NCBI GenBank assembly: GCA_025999215.1
Contig: AP024679.1
Span: 357,645 to 421,644 of the forward strand
Length of the DNA: 64,000 nt
Direction: 5' to 3'
From: Candidatus Dojkabacteria bacterium
Lineage (GTDB): Bacteria; Patescibacteriota; Dojkabacteria; J137
Position 1 is the stretch's first letter, and every line of letters begins with the position of its first letter. Below, in pieces: positions 18,871 to 28,623 of the stretch. A model generated the notes under the pieces. That model ran no database searches. It was not told the origin of the DNA and saw nothing but the letters and a program-made list of their open reading frames with translations. A program made the translations under genes and the position numbers.

Positions 18871-18894
18871 TTTTAATTTGTTAATTAAAAAAAT

Positions 18895-19503
18895 ATGTCT
18901 ATAGAATTAATAAAAGAGCTAAGAGAAAAAACAGGCGCAGGTATCAGCGCTATTCAAGAAGCTTTAGAAGAATCTAACGGAGATGTAGAAAAAGCGATAA
19001 TATATTTGAGGCAAAAAGGCGTTACTAAAGGGGAAAAAAGAGCTGGAAAGCAAGCTAATGAAGGAATTATTTCAACTTATGTTCATCACAACAATAGGTT
19101 GGTTGTGGTTGTTGAAGTTAATACAGAAACTGATTTTGCTGCTAACTCTGAAGATTTGCAAAAATTTGCGAAAGATTTGGCAGTTCATATTGCGGCTATG
19201 AATCCTCGAGCAATTAGCTTAGAAGATCTTGATTCAAGTTTAGTGGAGAAGGAAAAAGCTGTTTTTGAAAAAGAGCTGGAAGGTAAACCTGAAGAGGTAA
19301 AACAAAAAATAGTTGAAGGTAAAATGCAAAAATTTTATGAAGAAAATGTGTTGCTTAAACAATCTCTGTTTTCAGATGATAGTAAAACGGTAGAAGATTA
19401 TTTAAACGAGATGGTTGCAAAAATTGGTGAGAAGATTGTTATTAGATATTTTTATAGATTTGAATTAGGAAAGCCTGTTGTATTTAGCGAAGCTAAAGAG
19501 TAA
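18895..19503 (+). CDS. tsf: Elongation factor Ts (short form)
   Basis: N-terminal UBA-like motif (LIKELREKTGAGISAIQEAL) and the rpsB-tsf order. Confidence 0.85.
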   Translation: MSIELIKELREKTGAGISAIQEALEESNGDVEKAIIYLRQKGVTKGEKRAGKQANEGIISTYVHHNNRLVVVVEVNTETDFAANSEDLQKFAKDLAVHIAAMNPRAISLEDLDSSLVEKEKAVFEKELEGKPEEVKQKIVEGKMQKFYEENVLLKQSLFSDDSKTVEDYLNEMVAKIGEKIVIRYFYRFELGKPVVFSEAKE

Positions 19504-19533
19504 TTTTAGACTTTATTTTTTACTATCATAAAA

Positions 19534-20079
19534 ATGCTTTACAACGAAGCAGAACTCAAAAACAAATTAGAAAAAATAGTAAAGTCCTTTGAGACAGAGA
19601 TTAAAAAAATTCGATCTGGAAAAGCTAGTATGGATATTTTTGAAAACATTGAAGTCAATGCTTATGGAACAAAGAATAAATTGACCGCAGTTGCAAATGT
19701 TATGATAGAAGATGCCCTAAATGTAAGAATAAATATTTGGGATAAAAGTGTTGTACCGAATGTTGAAGAAGCTATTAGAGATGCAAATTTGGGTGCATCT
19801 ATAATTATAGAAAAAGATCATATTAGATTAAGATTTTCTCCTCTTACCGAAGAGGTTAGGCTTGCAAGTGTAAAAGAGTTAAGAAGATTGTTAGAAGAGT
19901 ATAAAATAAAAATTAGACAAGTTAGACAAGATTTTTTGAAAGACTTAGGGGAGTTAGACGGTGTATCAGAAGACGAACAAAAAAGAGATGAAAAAAGCAT
20001 TCAAAAACATATAGACGATTATATAGCTAAGTTAGACAACATAGCTAAAAATAAAGAAGAATCAATTATGAAGCTCTAA
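19534..20079 (+). CDS. frr: Ribosome recycling factor
   Basis: 181 aa; RRF-like (IRSGKASMDIFENIEV...LTEEVRL..VKELRRLLEEYKIKIRQVRQD). Confidence 0.85.
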   Translation: MLYNEAELKNKLEKIVKSFETEIKKIRSGKASMDIFENIEVNAYGTKNKLTAVANVMIEDALNVRINIWDKSVVPNVEEAIRDANLGASIIIEKDHIRLRFSPLTEEVRLASVKELRRLLEEYKIKIRQVRQDFLKDLGELDGVSEDEQKRDEKSIQKHIDDYIAKLDNIAKNKEESIMKL

Positions 20080-20086
20080 AGCAAAC

Positions 20087-21496
20087 ATGACTTTTTTTAT
20101 CACCACCACAATAACGCTGTTAATAATTAGTTTTCTTGTTTTTATACACGAGTTTGGACACTTTGCAGCAGCAAGGTTGACCGGTGTTAAAGTCAAAGAA
20201 TTTTCAATTGGATTTGGAAAGTCAATTTTTCAATTTGTAAAAGGTGAAACAAAGTATAAAATTGGAATAGTGCCTCTGGGTGGTTATGTGCAACTTGAAG
20301 GGGAGCAAAGCGATACTGGACCAGATAGTTTCAGATCAAAGCCTTACTTATCAAAATTTTTTATTCTAGTTGCAGGAGTGCTGATGAACTTGTTGTTTGC
20401 AGTTGTATTTTTTGCAATTTCATTATCTAGTTCAAATTATAGGTTTGTTGTACCTAAATTTGGCGATTTTCAATTTAGTAATGTAGAGAAAGTAATTGAT
20501 GCATACCCTGTAACTTTTGCTGATATATCTCCAAATTCACCAATTGCTGCTTATTGGGATCAAGATGAACTTACAATAATATCAATTAACAATCAAAGAT
20601 TTGAAAACTATCAACAGTTTAAGGATCTTTTTGATCAAAACATAGGAAAAATTGTGCAAGTTGAAGCGATAGATTTAGAGAATTTTGAAATCCAAAATTT
20701 AGAATTAGTTCTTGGTGATAATCAAAGTCCTCAAGTAAGTAACGTTTACATAGTTGATGTTGATGAAACCAGCCCATTGAAAAATTTAATATATCCTGGC
20801 GATCAAGTAATTAGCATTAATGGAATTGTTCCAAATAGCCCAGATGAATTTAATAAAATAATTGATCAAAATGAAGGAAAAGAGATTAATTTAAAAATTT
20901 TAAGAAACGGGCAAGAGGTTGAAATAAAATTTACTCCAATTCTTCAAGATAAAATAAACATAAATGGCGAAGAATTTAAAATTTATTTGAAAGCTTTATT
21001 AGCCCAATACGAATATGGTTATGCTGTAATTTATGATAGTGAAACTAATAGGTCTGCTTATTTTATTCAGTACAAGCCAAGTATCTTATCAGGAGTTTTT
21101 ATGGTTTATGATTTAACACGATATCAATTTGTTGCGCTTGCAAATATTTTTACAACTGCGCAGCAAACAGGTGATTTGACAGAGATATCTAATTCGTTTG
21201 GTGGTGTTGCTCAAGTTGGTGATCAAGTAGGCCAAGTCGTTGAACTCCAAGCGTTCAGTTTTTTGGTTCCGTTAGCAGGTTTAATCAGTTTGGCTTTAGC
21301 AACATTTAACATTTTACCTTTTCCAGCGCTTGATGGTGGGCAAGTAGTTGTGATCACGATTGAATCTCTGATTAGGCGACCTATTCCCGATAGAGTTTTA
21401 TCCATTATTAATACAGCAGGTTTTATTGTGTTGATTATTTTTGGAATTTTGGTTACAATCAAGGACGTAATTCAGCTTGGTTGGATTAATTTTTAA
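20087..21496 (+). CDS. rseP: RIP metalloprotease RseP (site-2 protease, M50) with PDZ domains
   Basis: HEFGH zinc motif near the N-terminus inside a TM helix; PDZ-like middle; C-terminal LDGG motif (ALDGGQVVVITIE). Confidence 0.8.
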   Translation: MTFFITTTITLLIISFLVFIHEFGHFAAARLTGVKVKEFSIGFGKSIFQFVKGETKYKIGIVPLGGYVQLEGEQSDTGPDSFRSKPYLSKFFILVAGVLMNLLFAVVFFAISLSSSNYRFVVPKFGDFQFSNVEKVIDAYPVTFADISPNSPIAAYWDQDELTIISINNQRFENYQQFKDLFDQNIGKIVQVEAIDLENFEIQNLELVLGDNQSPQVSNVYIVDVDETSPLKNLIYPGDQVISINGIVPNSPDEFNKIIDQNEGKEINLKILRNGQEVEIKFTPILQDKININGEEFKIYLKALLAQYEYGYAVIYDSETNRSAYFIQYKPSILSGVFMVYDLTRYQFVALANIFTTAQQTGDLTEISNSFGGVAQVGDQVGQVVELQAFSFLVPLAGLISLALATFNILPFPALDGGQVVVITIESLIRRPIPDRVLSIINTAGFIVLIIFGILVTIKDVIQLGWINF

Positions 21497-21514
21497 GAAG
21501 AATTTAAATACTAT

Positions 21515-21542
21515 TTGAAAAAGTAAAAAATTTTGTTATAAT
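21515..21542 (+). promoter_or_regulatory. Candidate sigma70-type promoter for rpsU (TTGAAA - 16 nt - TATAAT)
   Basis: Hexamers read directly: ttgaaa at 21515-21520 and tataat at 21537-21542, about 30 nt upstream of the rpsU start. Confidence 0.35.
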
Positions 21543-21572
21543 CAACTTGTAATTTTTATAAAACAATAGTTT

Positions 21573-21773
21573 ATGTCAGTAATAGTTCACGAAGACATGT
21601 CAATTGATTTAGCTCTCAGATTGCTTTGGAGAGAAGCTATGCGTGAGGGTATAATTGAAGCATTGCAAAAAAAACGATATTACATTCCACCTTCTGTTGA
21701 GAGGCATCAAGTAAAAAAAGTTTGGCAAAAGGCAAAAAAACGAAGAGCTAGGATGAGGAGGAGAAATAAGTAA
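21573..21773 (+). CDS. rpsU: 30S ribosomal protein S21
   Basis: 66 aa, basic, with the S21 pattern (VIVHEDMSIDLALRLLWRE..REGII..LQKKRYY..PS..RHQVKK...KAKKRR). Confidence 0.8.
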   Translation: MSVIVHEDMSIDLALRLLWREAMREGIIEALQKKRYYIPPSVERHQVKKVWQKAKKRRARMRRRNK

Positions 21774-21823
21774 AAACATTTTTTGAAGTTATGCTAAAAT
21801 ATTCCCAGTTAAAAACTTAATTA

Positions 21824-23236
21824 ATGAGTGTTGTATATAGAAAATACAGACCTCAAACATTCTCAGATGTTTTAGGGCAAGATCATGTAGTCAAAATACT
21901 CAAAGAGGCAATAAAACAAGACAAACTTTCTCATGCGTACCTGTTTAGTGGACCTCGAGGTACAGGCAAAACTACAATGGCTAGATTACTTGCCAAAGCT
22001 GTGAATTGTGTTAATTTCCATGAAAATGAAGATGTATGTAATGAGTGTAGTGTGTGTCTTGAAGTGAATTCAGGAAGCGCACTGGATGTCATTGAAATGG
22101 ATGCTGCTTCCAATCGGGGAATTGAAGAAATTAGGACTCTTAAAGACGGAATTAATTTTGCGCCTAATAGTTTTAACAAAAAAATTTACATAATTGATGA
22201 AGCGCACATGTTGACTAAGGATGCTTTCAATGCGCTTTTAAAAACTCTCGAAGAACCACCAAATCATGTGTTGTTTGTGCTTGCAACTACTGAAGCTCAT
22301 AAATTGCCTATAACAATTCTTTCAAGAGTCCAGAGATTTGATTTCAGATTGGCAGACAAAGCAAAAGTTATAGAAAAACTAACAAAAATTTTTGCTCAAG
22401 AGGGTCTTGATGTTGAAGAGCAGGTTTATGAAATCATTTATAATCACTCAAAGGGAAGTTTTAGGGATGCAGAAAGTTTGGTTGGTAAAATACTAAGTAG
22501 CGCAGGTGGTCAAATGATTTCTAAAGATTATGTTTTTGAAGTCTTAGGACTAGTGCCAGAAGATATTGTTAGGAAGTTTTTAAATAGCTTAATTGAGAAA
22601 AACCATGAAAAAGCCTTAGAGATTATTGAAAATGTAAATTCTCAAGGGCAAAATGTTTCTGTTTTTATAGACCAAGTTTTAAGTTATTTGGAAGAGCTTT
22701 TAATAGAAGGTAGAGTAAATAGAGGAGTTTTAATTAAAATTTCTAAGTTACTAATACAAGCAAAATTGGATATGAAGTATCTAAATGATAAACTATTTCC
22801 ACTTAAAGTAGCTATTTTTGAATTAACTCAAAATTCTGGTAATTTAACCAATTTGGTAGAAAGTAGTGTAGAGAGAAAAAACGAACCTAGAGTAAAAAAA
22901 GAAAAAAAAATCGAAGAAATTAAACAGAATGAAGAACCTGATCAAAATAATAGAGTAGGTGATTTACGCCAAATTTTGTTACAAAGTGAAAAATTACCAA
23001 TGATTATAAAAACTCAGCTACAAACTACCAAAATAACTAATAAAAATGGTAAAATTGAGATAGAGTGTGAGGAGGAGATTGTGAATTTTTTAGATAAAGC
23101 TGATAAAAAAAATTTATTGTTAAGCGCTTTAAAAGAGCATGGTTTTGGTGAAATTGATATAATTTTTAGGGTGTTGGAAAATAATCTTGATCAAGAAGAA
23201 GATAATTCAGATTTGGTTGAAAGTATTATTCTATAG
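21824..23236 (+). CDS. dnaX: DNA polymerase III subunit gamma/tau
   Basis: Walker A GPRGTGKTT, zinc module CNECSVC, DEAH-like IIDEAHML and sensor SRVQRF motifs. Confidence 0.85.
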   Translation: MSVVYRKYRPQTFSDVLGQDHVVKILKEAIKQDKLSHAYLFSGPRGTGKTTMARLLAKAVNCVNFHENEDVCNECSVCLEVNSGSALDVIEMDAASNRGIEEIRTLKDGINFAPNSFNKKIYIIDEAHMLTKDAFNALLKTLEEPPNHVLFVLATTEAHKLPITILSRVQRFDFRLADKAKVIEKLTKIFAQEGLDVEEQVYEIIYNHSKGSFRDAESLVGKILSSAGGQMISKDYVFEVLGLVPEDIVRKFLNSLIEKNHEKALEIIENVNSQGQNVSVFIDQVLSYLEELLIEGRVNRGVLIKISKLLIQAKLDMKYLNDKLFPLKVAIFELTQNSGNLTNLVESSVERKNEPRVKKEKKIEEIKQNEEPDQNNRVGDLRQILLQSEKLPMIIKTQLQTTKITNKNGKIEIECEEEIVNFLDKADKKNLLLSALKEHGFGEIDIIFRVLENNLDQEEDNSDLVESIIL

Positions 23237-23257
23237 TTTATTTTTTAAAATTTTTGT

Positions 23258-23581
23258 ATGGGAATTCTTGATACAACGAAATTAGCTTTAAAAGCTCGAC
23301 AGGCACAAAAGAAAATGAAAAAGATGGAAGTTGTTGGTTCAGATGATAAGGATATTTTTAGAGTTTTGTTAAATGGTTTAGGGGAAGTGGTTGCTACTGA
23401 GTTAAATGTTGAAAGTTTATCAAGTGAATTAGGTGATGAATTAACGAGCGAACAGTTGGAAAAATTAAAAACAATAATTGAAGATAGCGTTAAACAAGCA
23501 ATGCAAACTGCTAAAAAGAACTTAGAAAAAGAGATTGCTAGTTCAACAAGCTTGGACGATTTAAAAGATTTGTTTTCGTAA
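23258..23581 (+). CDS. ybaB: Nucleoid-associated protein YbaB/EbfC
   Basis: 107 aa coiled-coil protein in the canonical dnaX-ybaB-recR position. Confidence 0.75.
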   Translation: MGILDTTKLALKARQAQKKMKKMEVVGSDDKDIFRVLLNGLGEVVATELNVESLSSELGDELTSEQLEKLKTIIEDSVKQAMQTAKKNLEKEIASSTSLDDLKDLFS

Positions 23582-24186
23582 TGGCAAGGTTACCTCAAGA
23601 AATACAAAGAGTAAGTGAAATGTTCTCCAGTTTTCCTGGGATTGGACCAAAATTATCTTATCGCTTGGGATTATTTGCGGCTATTAAAGGTAAACAAAAT
23701 GCTCAAAATTTGGTAGACTCCATCAACAAAATGCTGAGAGTAATTACAGTTTGCAAGGAGTGCGGAAATGTTGCTAGTCAAAACATTTGTGATATTTGCA
23801 ATGATCCAAAAAGAGACAAAGAAACGATTGTGGTAGTTGAAGATTCTCTAGATCTTTATAGTATTGAAGATACAAAAGTTTATAATGGTCTTTATCACGT
23901 TTTGCAAGGTGTAATTTCACCGATCAATGGGGTTACGCCTGATGATTTAACAATTTCACTGTTGCTTCAAAGGGTTAAGTCTGGAAATGTCAAAGAGGTT
24001 GTTTTTGCGCTAAATCCAACAGTGGAAGGAGATTCAACTGTTTTATATATTCAAAAGAAGATACAAGAGATAAACTCTCAGATTAAAACAACCAGACTCG
24101 CTAAAGGAATTCCTTCTGGTAGTGATTTAGAGTTTATTGCACCGCAAACCATAGCAGAAAGTTTAAAAAGAAGAGATATCATTTAG
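23581..24186 (+). CDS. recR: Recombination protein RecR
   Basis: HhH N-terminus (FPGIGPKLSYRL), C4 zinc finger (CKECGNV...CDIC), Toprim (IVVVEDSLD). Confidence 0.85.
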   Translation: MARLPQEIQRVSEMFSSFPGIGPKLSYRLGLFAAIKGKQNAQNLVDSINKMLRVITVCKECGNVASQNICDICNDPKRDKETIVVVEDSLDLYSIEDTKVYNGLYHVLQGVISPINGVTPDDLTISLLLQRVKSGNVKEVVFALNPTVEGDSTVLYIQKKIQEINSQIKTTRLAKGIPSGSDLEFIAPQTIAESLKRRDII

Positions 24187-24195
24187 CTTAAAAAT

Positions 24196-24663
24196 ATGAA
24201 GAAAGTAGTTATATTGGATGATAATATCGAAATTAGACAAAAAATTAAGAGAATTTTAGGTAAATTTATTGCTGATGGATTTAAATTACAAATATTTGCA
24301 GATAAAAACGAAATTGAAGGATTAAATTTAATTTTTAGGTACTCTCCTGATTTAGTAATTATAGATTTGACTTTGCCGAAAAACTCAGGAATGGAGGTAA
24401 TTATGTATTTAAATTCTAATCAAGAAATAGTTGCTAATTCCAAAATTATAATTTTGGCAGAAAATCCGGATGATATCCGCACTTTAAATTTATCTGAAAA
24501 TTTTATAGTATTTGATAAGACTGAAAAAAATATTTTCATGAAATTAGAAAGAGAGTTAGCTAAATTTTTAGAAGTGAAAGAGAAAGCTAGTTTTGCAGGT
24601 AGATTAAAAGAATATTCTGCAAACAAATTAGAGTTTTTAAATAAAATTTTTTTAAAAAGGTAA
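24196..24663 (+). CDS. Stand-alone response-regulator receiver (REC) domain protein
   Basis: 155 aa CheY-like pattern (KVVILDDN...DLVIIDLTLPKNSGMEV...KIIILAE); no output domain. Confidence 0.55.
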   Translation: MKKVVILDDNIEIRQKIKRILGKFIADGFKLQIFADKNEIEGLNLIFRYSPDLVIIDLTLPKNSGMEVIMYLNSNQEIVANSKIIILAENPDDIRTLNLSENFIVFDKTEKNIFMKLERELAKFLEVKEKASFAGRLKEYSANKLEFLNKIFLKR

Positions 24664-24733
24664 AAATATTTTACTAATTGTGAAATTTATATTATAATTC
24701 AATCGTTATTATTTATTCGTTAAAGATAGTAAT

Positions 24734-25027
24734 ATGCAAACAGATTATGAGCTAATGGTAGTGCTAAAGCCACTTTTGATGGAGGATATTAAAGATAAAA
24801 TTATCCCAAAGATAAGTAAAGAAGTAAAAAAACTTGGTGGAACTTTAGAACTCAAAGATAACATGGGTAAGAGAATCCTTGCTTATCCTATCAAGGGTTA
24901 TAAAGAAGGGTATTATTTAGTGTACAAATTAACAATAGATTCTGATAAAATAAATGAACTAAATAATTGGCTCAAAATTTATGACGCGCTTTTACGTCAT
25001 TTAATTATTAGAGAAGATCAACTTTAA
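24734..25027 (+). CDS. rpsF: 30S ribosomal protein S6
   Basis: 97 aa; YELMVVLKP...G..ELKD.MGKR.LAYPIKG...GYYLVYKL is the S6 fold signature; rpsF-ssb-rpsR order. Confidence 0.85.
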   Translation: MQTDYELMVVLKPLLMEDIKDKIIPKISKEVKKLGGTLELKDNMGKRILAYPIKGYKEGYYLVYKLTIDSDKINELNNWLKIYDALLRHLIIREDQL

Positions 25028-25051
25028 TTTTTATTTTTTATTATAGAAAAC

Positions 25052-25534
25052 ATGGCAAAGGCAAGATCTTTAAACAAAGTAATATTAATAGGAAACTTAA
25101 CTCGAGACCCTGTCTTAAGAGAAACTTCAAACGGAGTTTTGGTGTGCACTTTCGGGGTTGCAACAAATAGTTCATGGAAAGATTCTAACGGTGAGGTTCA
25201 AGAAAGAGCTGAATTTCATAACATTGTTGCATTCAATAAACTTGCTGAAATTTGCGCTCAAGTCTTGGCAGTTGGTATGTATGTATACATTGAAGGAGAA
25301 CTTCGAACAAGAGTAAAAACTGATGCTAATGGTAATAAAGTTTATCGAACCGAAGTTAAGCTAAATGACATGTTGCTTTTGGATGCAAAAGAGAAACAAG
25401 GAGTTGGGATTGAAGCTGCTAGGGAAGCAGGTAAAAGTCTTCCCGCAAGAGAAGGTGATGATGAAGTAGCTTTAGATGATGCTAACAATGAGCAATCATC
25501 TGATGAAGATTTTAATGAAGAAGAATTATTTTAG
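25052..25534 (+). CDS. ssb: Single-stranded DNA-binding protein
   Basis: OB fold (NKVILIGNLTRDP..R.T..G..V) and acidic C-terminal tip DEDFNEEELF. Confidence 0.85.
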   Translation: MAKARSLNKVILIGNLTRDPVLRETSNGVLVCTFGVATNSSWKDSNGEVQERAEFHNIVAFNKLAEICAQVLAVGMYVYIEGELRTRVKTDANGNKVYRTEVKLNDMLLLDAKEKQGVGIEAAREAGKSLPAREGDDEVALDDANNEQSSDEDFNEEELF

Positions 25535-25550
25535 TCATAAATTTTAAAGG

Positions 25551-25808
25551 TTGGTTATGTCCAAAGAAAAAAAGAATGTTGAAGAACAATTTGAACAATC
25601 AAATGTAACTTTGTCTTGTCCATTTCAAGGTGGACCTGATAGCATTGATTACAAAGATATAAATACTCTAAAAAAATTCATTACGACTAGAGGTAGGATT
25701 TTGCCACCTTCTAAAACTGGGGTGTGCGCAAAGTGCCAAAGAAAACTTGCAAAGTCTATCAAACGAGCAAGGCAAGTAGCTTTGTTGCCATACACTCAGT
25801 ATGTCTAA
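25551..25808 (+). CDS. rpsR: 30S ribosomal protein S18
   Basis: CPF...IDYKD...LKKFIT.RGRILP...[24 protein letters not shown]. Confidence 0.85.
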   Translation: MVMSKEKKNVEEQFEQSNVTLSCPFQGGPDSIDYKDINTLKKFITTRGRILPPSKTGVCAKCQRKLAKSIKRARQVALLPYTQYV

Positions 25809-25826
25809 GTTTAAAATGCTATCAAA

Positions 25827-27077
25827 ATGAAAAATGTTAGAGATACGGCTAGAGAAGTTTTTCCTTTTTGGGTAGTTTCAGCACTTTTTGCTGGAATTGC
25901 TTTTGGGATAACTTTGACTAAAATTCCAAATTTTTTAAATTCTGCTCAAGAAAGAGTTAATCAGTCAACATATCAAGCTGGTGGTTTGGAAGATTTAAAT
26001 TTAGATACTAAGCTTTTCAATGAAGTTTACAAGTATCTAAATACTACTTACATTGGAGAGATTCCGGAATCAAAAGAAATAGAATATGGTCTAATAAAAG
26101 GCTTGATAAATTCTTTAAATGATGAATATACTAGCTTCTTAACCCCGGAGGAGGCTAAACTCTATCAAGATAGTTTAGTGGAAAATTTTGAAGGAATTGG
26201 GGTAACATTATCATACAATGGTGAATATACTTACGTAGAAACAGTATTGGAGGGATTGCCCGCGTACCAAAATGGGATTTTACCTGGTGATGTTATTTTG
26301 AGAGTTGATGATGAAGATGTAACTGGAAAATTACCACAGTTAGTAGCAAGTAAGATTAGAGGAGAGAGAGGAACTGAGGTAAAGTTAACTATCTTTCGAT
26401 CGCTGGAGGGTGGTTTGGGTGAAACTAAAGAATTTAGAATAATTCGAGATAAAATAGTTGTAGAAAATATAATGTGGAAAGAAAAAGAAGATGGCTTGGT
26501 GGTAATTGATATTTCGCAGTTTAATGCATCAAGTCTTGATGAATTTAAGAAAAATTGGGATGAAGTAGTAGCTGAAGTAAGTAATCTTGATAATTTAGAT
26601 GGTATTGTTGTAGATTTAAGAAATAATCCTGGTGGACTGGTTGCAGGAGTAAGTTACATTTTGGAAGAATTTTTGAATGAAGGAAACGTAATTTATGGTG
26701 AGAGATCTAAAAGTCAAAGGACCGCTTATTATAAAGATAGTAGGGAGGGTAAGTTTGAAAATGTAGAGCTAGTTGTGCTAGTTAATGAAGGTAGTGCATC
26801 AGCTTCAGAAATTTTTGCAGGTGCAATTCAAGAAAATAATCGAGGCGAGGTTGTTGGTATGCCGACTGTTGGAAAGGGAGTAGAGCAAATAATTATTGAT
26901 TTTGAAGATGGTAGTATGTTGATTTTAGTTTTTCAAGAATGGCTCACTCCGTCAGGCAGAGTTTTGAATAAAGAAAATCCAATAATCCCAGATATCGAGG
27001 TTGATTATACAATAGAGGATTTTGAAAATGGGGTTGATCCGCAGATGGAAAAAGCCTTAGAGTTATTGAGATCTTAA
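25827..27077 (+). CDS. Carboxyl-terminal processing protease (S41 family) with PDZ domain and N-terminal membrane anchor
   Basis: PDZ (GIGVTLSYNG..GDVILRVDDEDV) and S41 catalytic blocks (VVDLRNNPGG; LVNEGSASASEIFAGAIQ). Confidence 0.8.
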   Translation: MKNVRDTAREVFPFWVVSALFAGIAFGITLTKIPNFLNSAQERVNQSTYQAGGLEDLNLDTKLFNEVYKYLNTTYIGEIPESKEIEYGLIKGLINSLNDEYTSFLTPEEAKLYQDSLVENFEGIGVTLSYNGEYTYVETVLEGLPAYQNGILPGDVILRVDDEDVTGKLPQLVASKIRGERGTEVKLTIFRSLEGGLGETKEFRIIRDKIVVENIMWKEKEDGLVVIDISQFNASSLDEFKKNWDEVVAEVSNLDNLDGIVVDLRNNPGGLVAGVSYILEEFLNEGNVIYGERSKSQRTAYYKDSREGKFENVELVVLVNEGSASASEIFAGAIQENNRGEVVGMPTVGKGVEQIIIDFEDGSMLILVFQEWLTPSGRVLNKENPIIPDIEVDYTIEDFENGVDPQMEKALELLRS

Positions 27078-28142
27078 AAAATCATTGACGCTATTTACAA
27101 TATCATCTATATCTCCATTCATTATGTCTTCAATATTGTACCAGGTTTTGGGTATTCTATGATCTGTAACTCTTCCTTGAGGAAAATTATAAGTTCTTAT
27201 TTTGACAGATCTATCGCCACTTTTGATTGCTTCTTGCCTTATTGATCCTGTTTCGCTTTGAAGTTTTTTATCTTCAATTTCTTGTAGCTTGCTAAGTAAA
27301 ATTGACATTGCCATTTCTTTGTTTTTGTGTTGAGATTTACCGTTTTGACAACTAACAACTATTCCAGTTGGTAAATGAGTAATTCTAACAGCAGAATCAG
27401 TGGTATTTACAGATTGACCTCCTGGACCGCTTGACCGAAATACATCAATTCTTAAATCTTGAGGGTCGATTTGTATTTCTGATTTTATTATTTGTGGGAT
27501 CACAACAACTGATGCACTTGATGTATGAATTCTTCCAGATGATTCAGTAGCCGGGATTCTCTGAACTCTATGCACTCCTGATTCAAATCGCAAATGACCA
27601 TAACTTCCTATTTCATCAACCAAAAAAATTACCTCGCTTATTCCCCCTTCGGTATTGTATGTTATTGAATAAATTTCAATTTTCCAATTAAGATTATTTA
27701 TATATTTGACATACATTTTATAAAGATCTTCTGCAAAAAGTGCTGCTTCGGTTCCTCCAACTCCTTGTCTAATTTCAATTATAGTTTTTTGGTCATCATT
27801 TTTAAGCGGTTTAATTGTTAAAATTTTGAGTTTTTTAGCTAAGTTAGATATGTTAGACATTATTTGCTCGTTTTCTTCTTCTGCTAGAGACCTGTATTCA
27901 TCATCTTGCATCAATTTTTTATTTTCTTCTATTTGTGAAAAAAGAGTTTCTAGTTTTGTACAAATTTCTAAAATCTCTTTAATTTTGTTGTATTTTTTAA
28001 TTGTTTTTATGGATTCATCAGATCCTGATGATAAAAAAACATTATCTTGGAGCTTTTTTGTTATCTCTTCAAATTCTCTTTCAAGAGATTTTAAATCAAT
28101 ATTAAAATGATTGAGTATATCTGAATAACTAGAATATTCCAT
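27063..28142 (-). CDS. prfA: Peptide chain release factor 1
   Basis: PATESSGRIHTS (the PxT stop-codon-recognition motif of RF1) and SGPGGQSVN (GGQ) are both present. Confidence 0.9.
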   Translation of the reverse strand: MEYSSYSDILNHFNIDLKSLEREFEEITKKLQDNVFLSSGSDESIKTIKKYNKIKEILEICTKLETLFSQIEENKKLMQDDEYRSLAEEENEQIMSNISNLAKKLKILTIKPLKNDDQKTIIEIRQGVGGTEAALFAEDLYKMYVKYINNLNWKIEIYSITYNTEGGISEVIFLVDEIGSYGHLRFESGVHRVQRIPATESSGRIHTSSASVVVIPQIIKSEIQIDPQDLRIDVFRSSGPGGQSVNTTDSAVRITHLPTGIVVSCQNGKSQHKNKEMAMSILLSKLQEIEDKKLQSETGSIRQEAIKSGDRSVKIRTYNFPQGRVTDHRIPKTWYNIEDIMNGDIDDIVNSVNDFLRSQ

Positions 28143-28148
28143 TTGAAT

Positions 28149-28469
28149 TTATTGCGATACGCTTTTGAGCATATCTTTCAAGGTTACTTGTCCGGTAGTG
28201 TTTACAGTTTTTCTTGTTCTCATAGCTCTTTTTTGTTTTTTGGATCTTACTTTTTGAGCAAGACTCTGAGCTTTTTGTTGTTTTTCTTTAAACTTTTCAA
28301 CAAGATTATCAGTATCTACAAGTGTTTCTTGACCTGTATAAAAAGGATGATTACCAGACCAGATTTCAACATTTAACTCTTCTAGAGTTGAACCCACATG
28401 CATTACAACCTGACCATTAACAACAACTTTTGCTTTTTTGTGCCACTTTGGATGAATTCCTTTTTTCAT
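28149..28469 (-). CDS. rpmE: 50S ribosomal protein L31 with lysine-rich C-terminal extension
   Basis: MKKGIHPKWH...V.GSTLEELNVEIWSGNHPFYTGQ is the L31 pattern; the likely start is MKKGIHP (28469). The C-terminal about 45 aa extension is K/Q-rich. Confidence 0.8.
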   Translation of the reverse strand: MKKGIHPKWHKKAKVVVNGQVVMHVGSTLEELNVEIWSGNHPFYTGQETLVDTDNLVEKFKEKQQKAQSLAQKVRSKKQKRAMRTRKTVNTTGQVTLKDMLKSVSQ

Positions 28470-28623
28470 ATTTTTTCTATAACATATCAACAATACGATC
28501 AATTATATCATAACCATGATAAATGTAAAGGAAAATTTTTTTTAATATTGTTAAATTTTGTTTGTCTTTACCAATGTTAAATTACTTGATAAAATTAAAA
28601 TGTTTAAATTTTAGTCTATTGGT

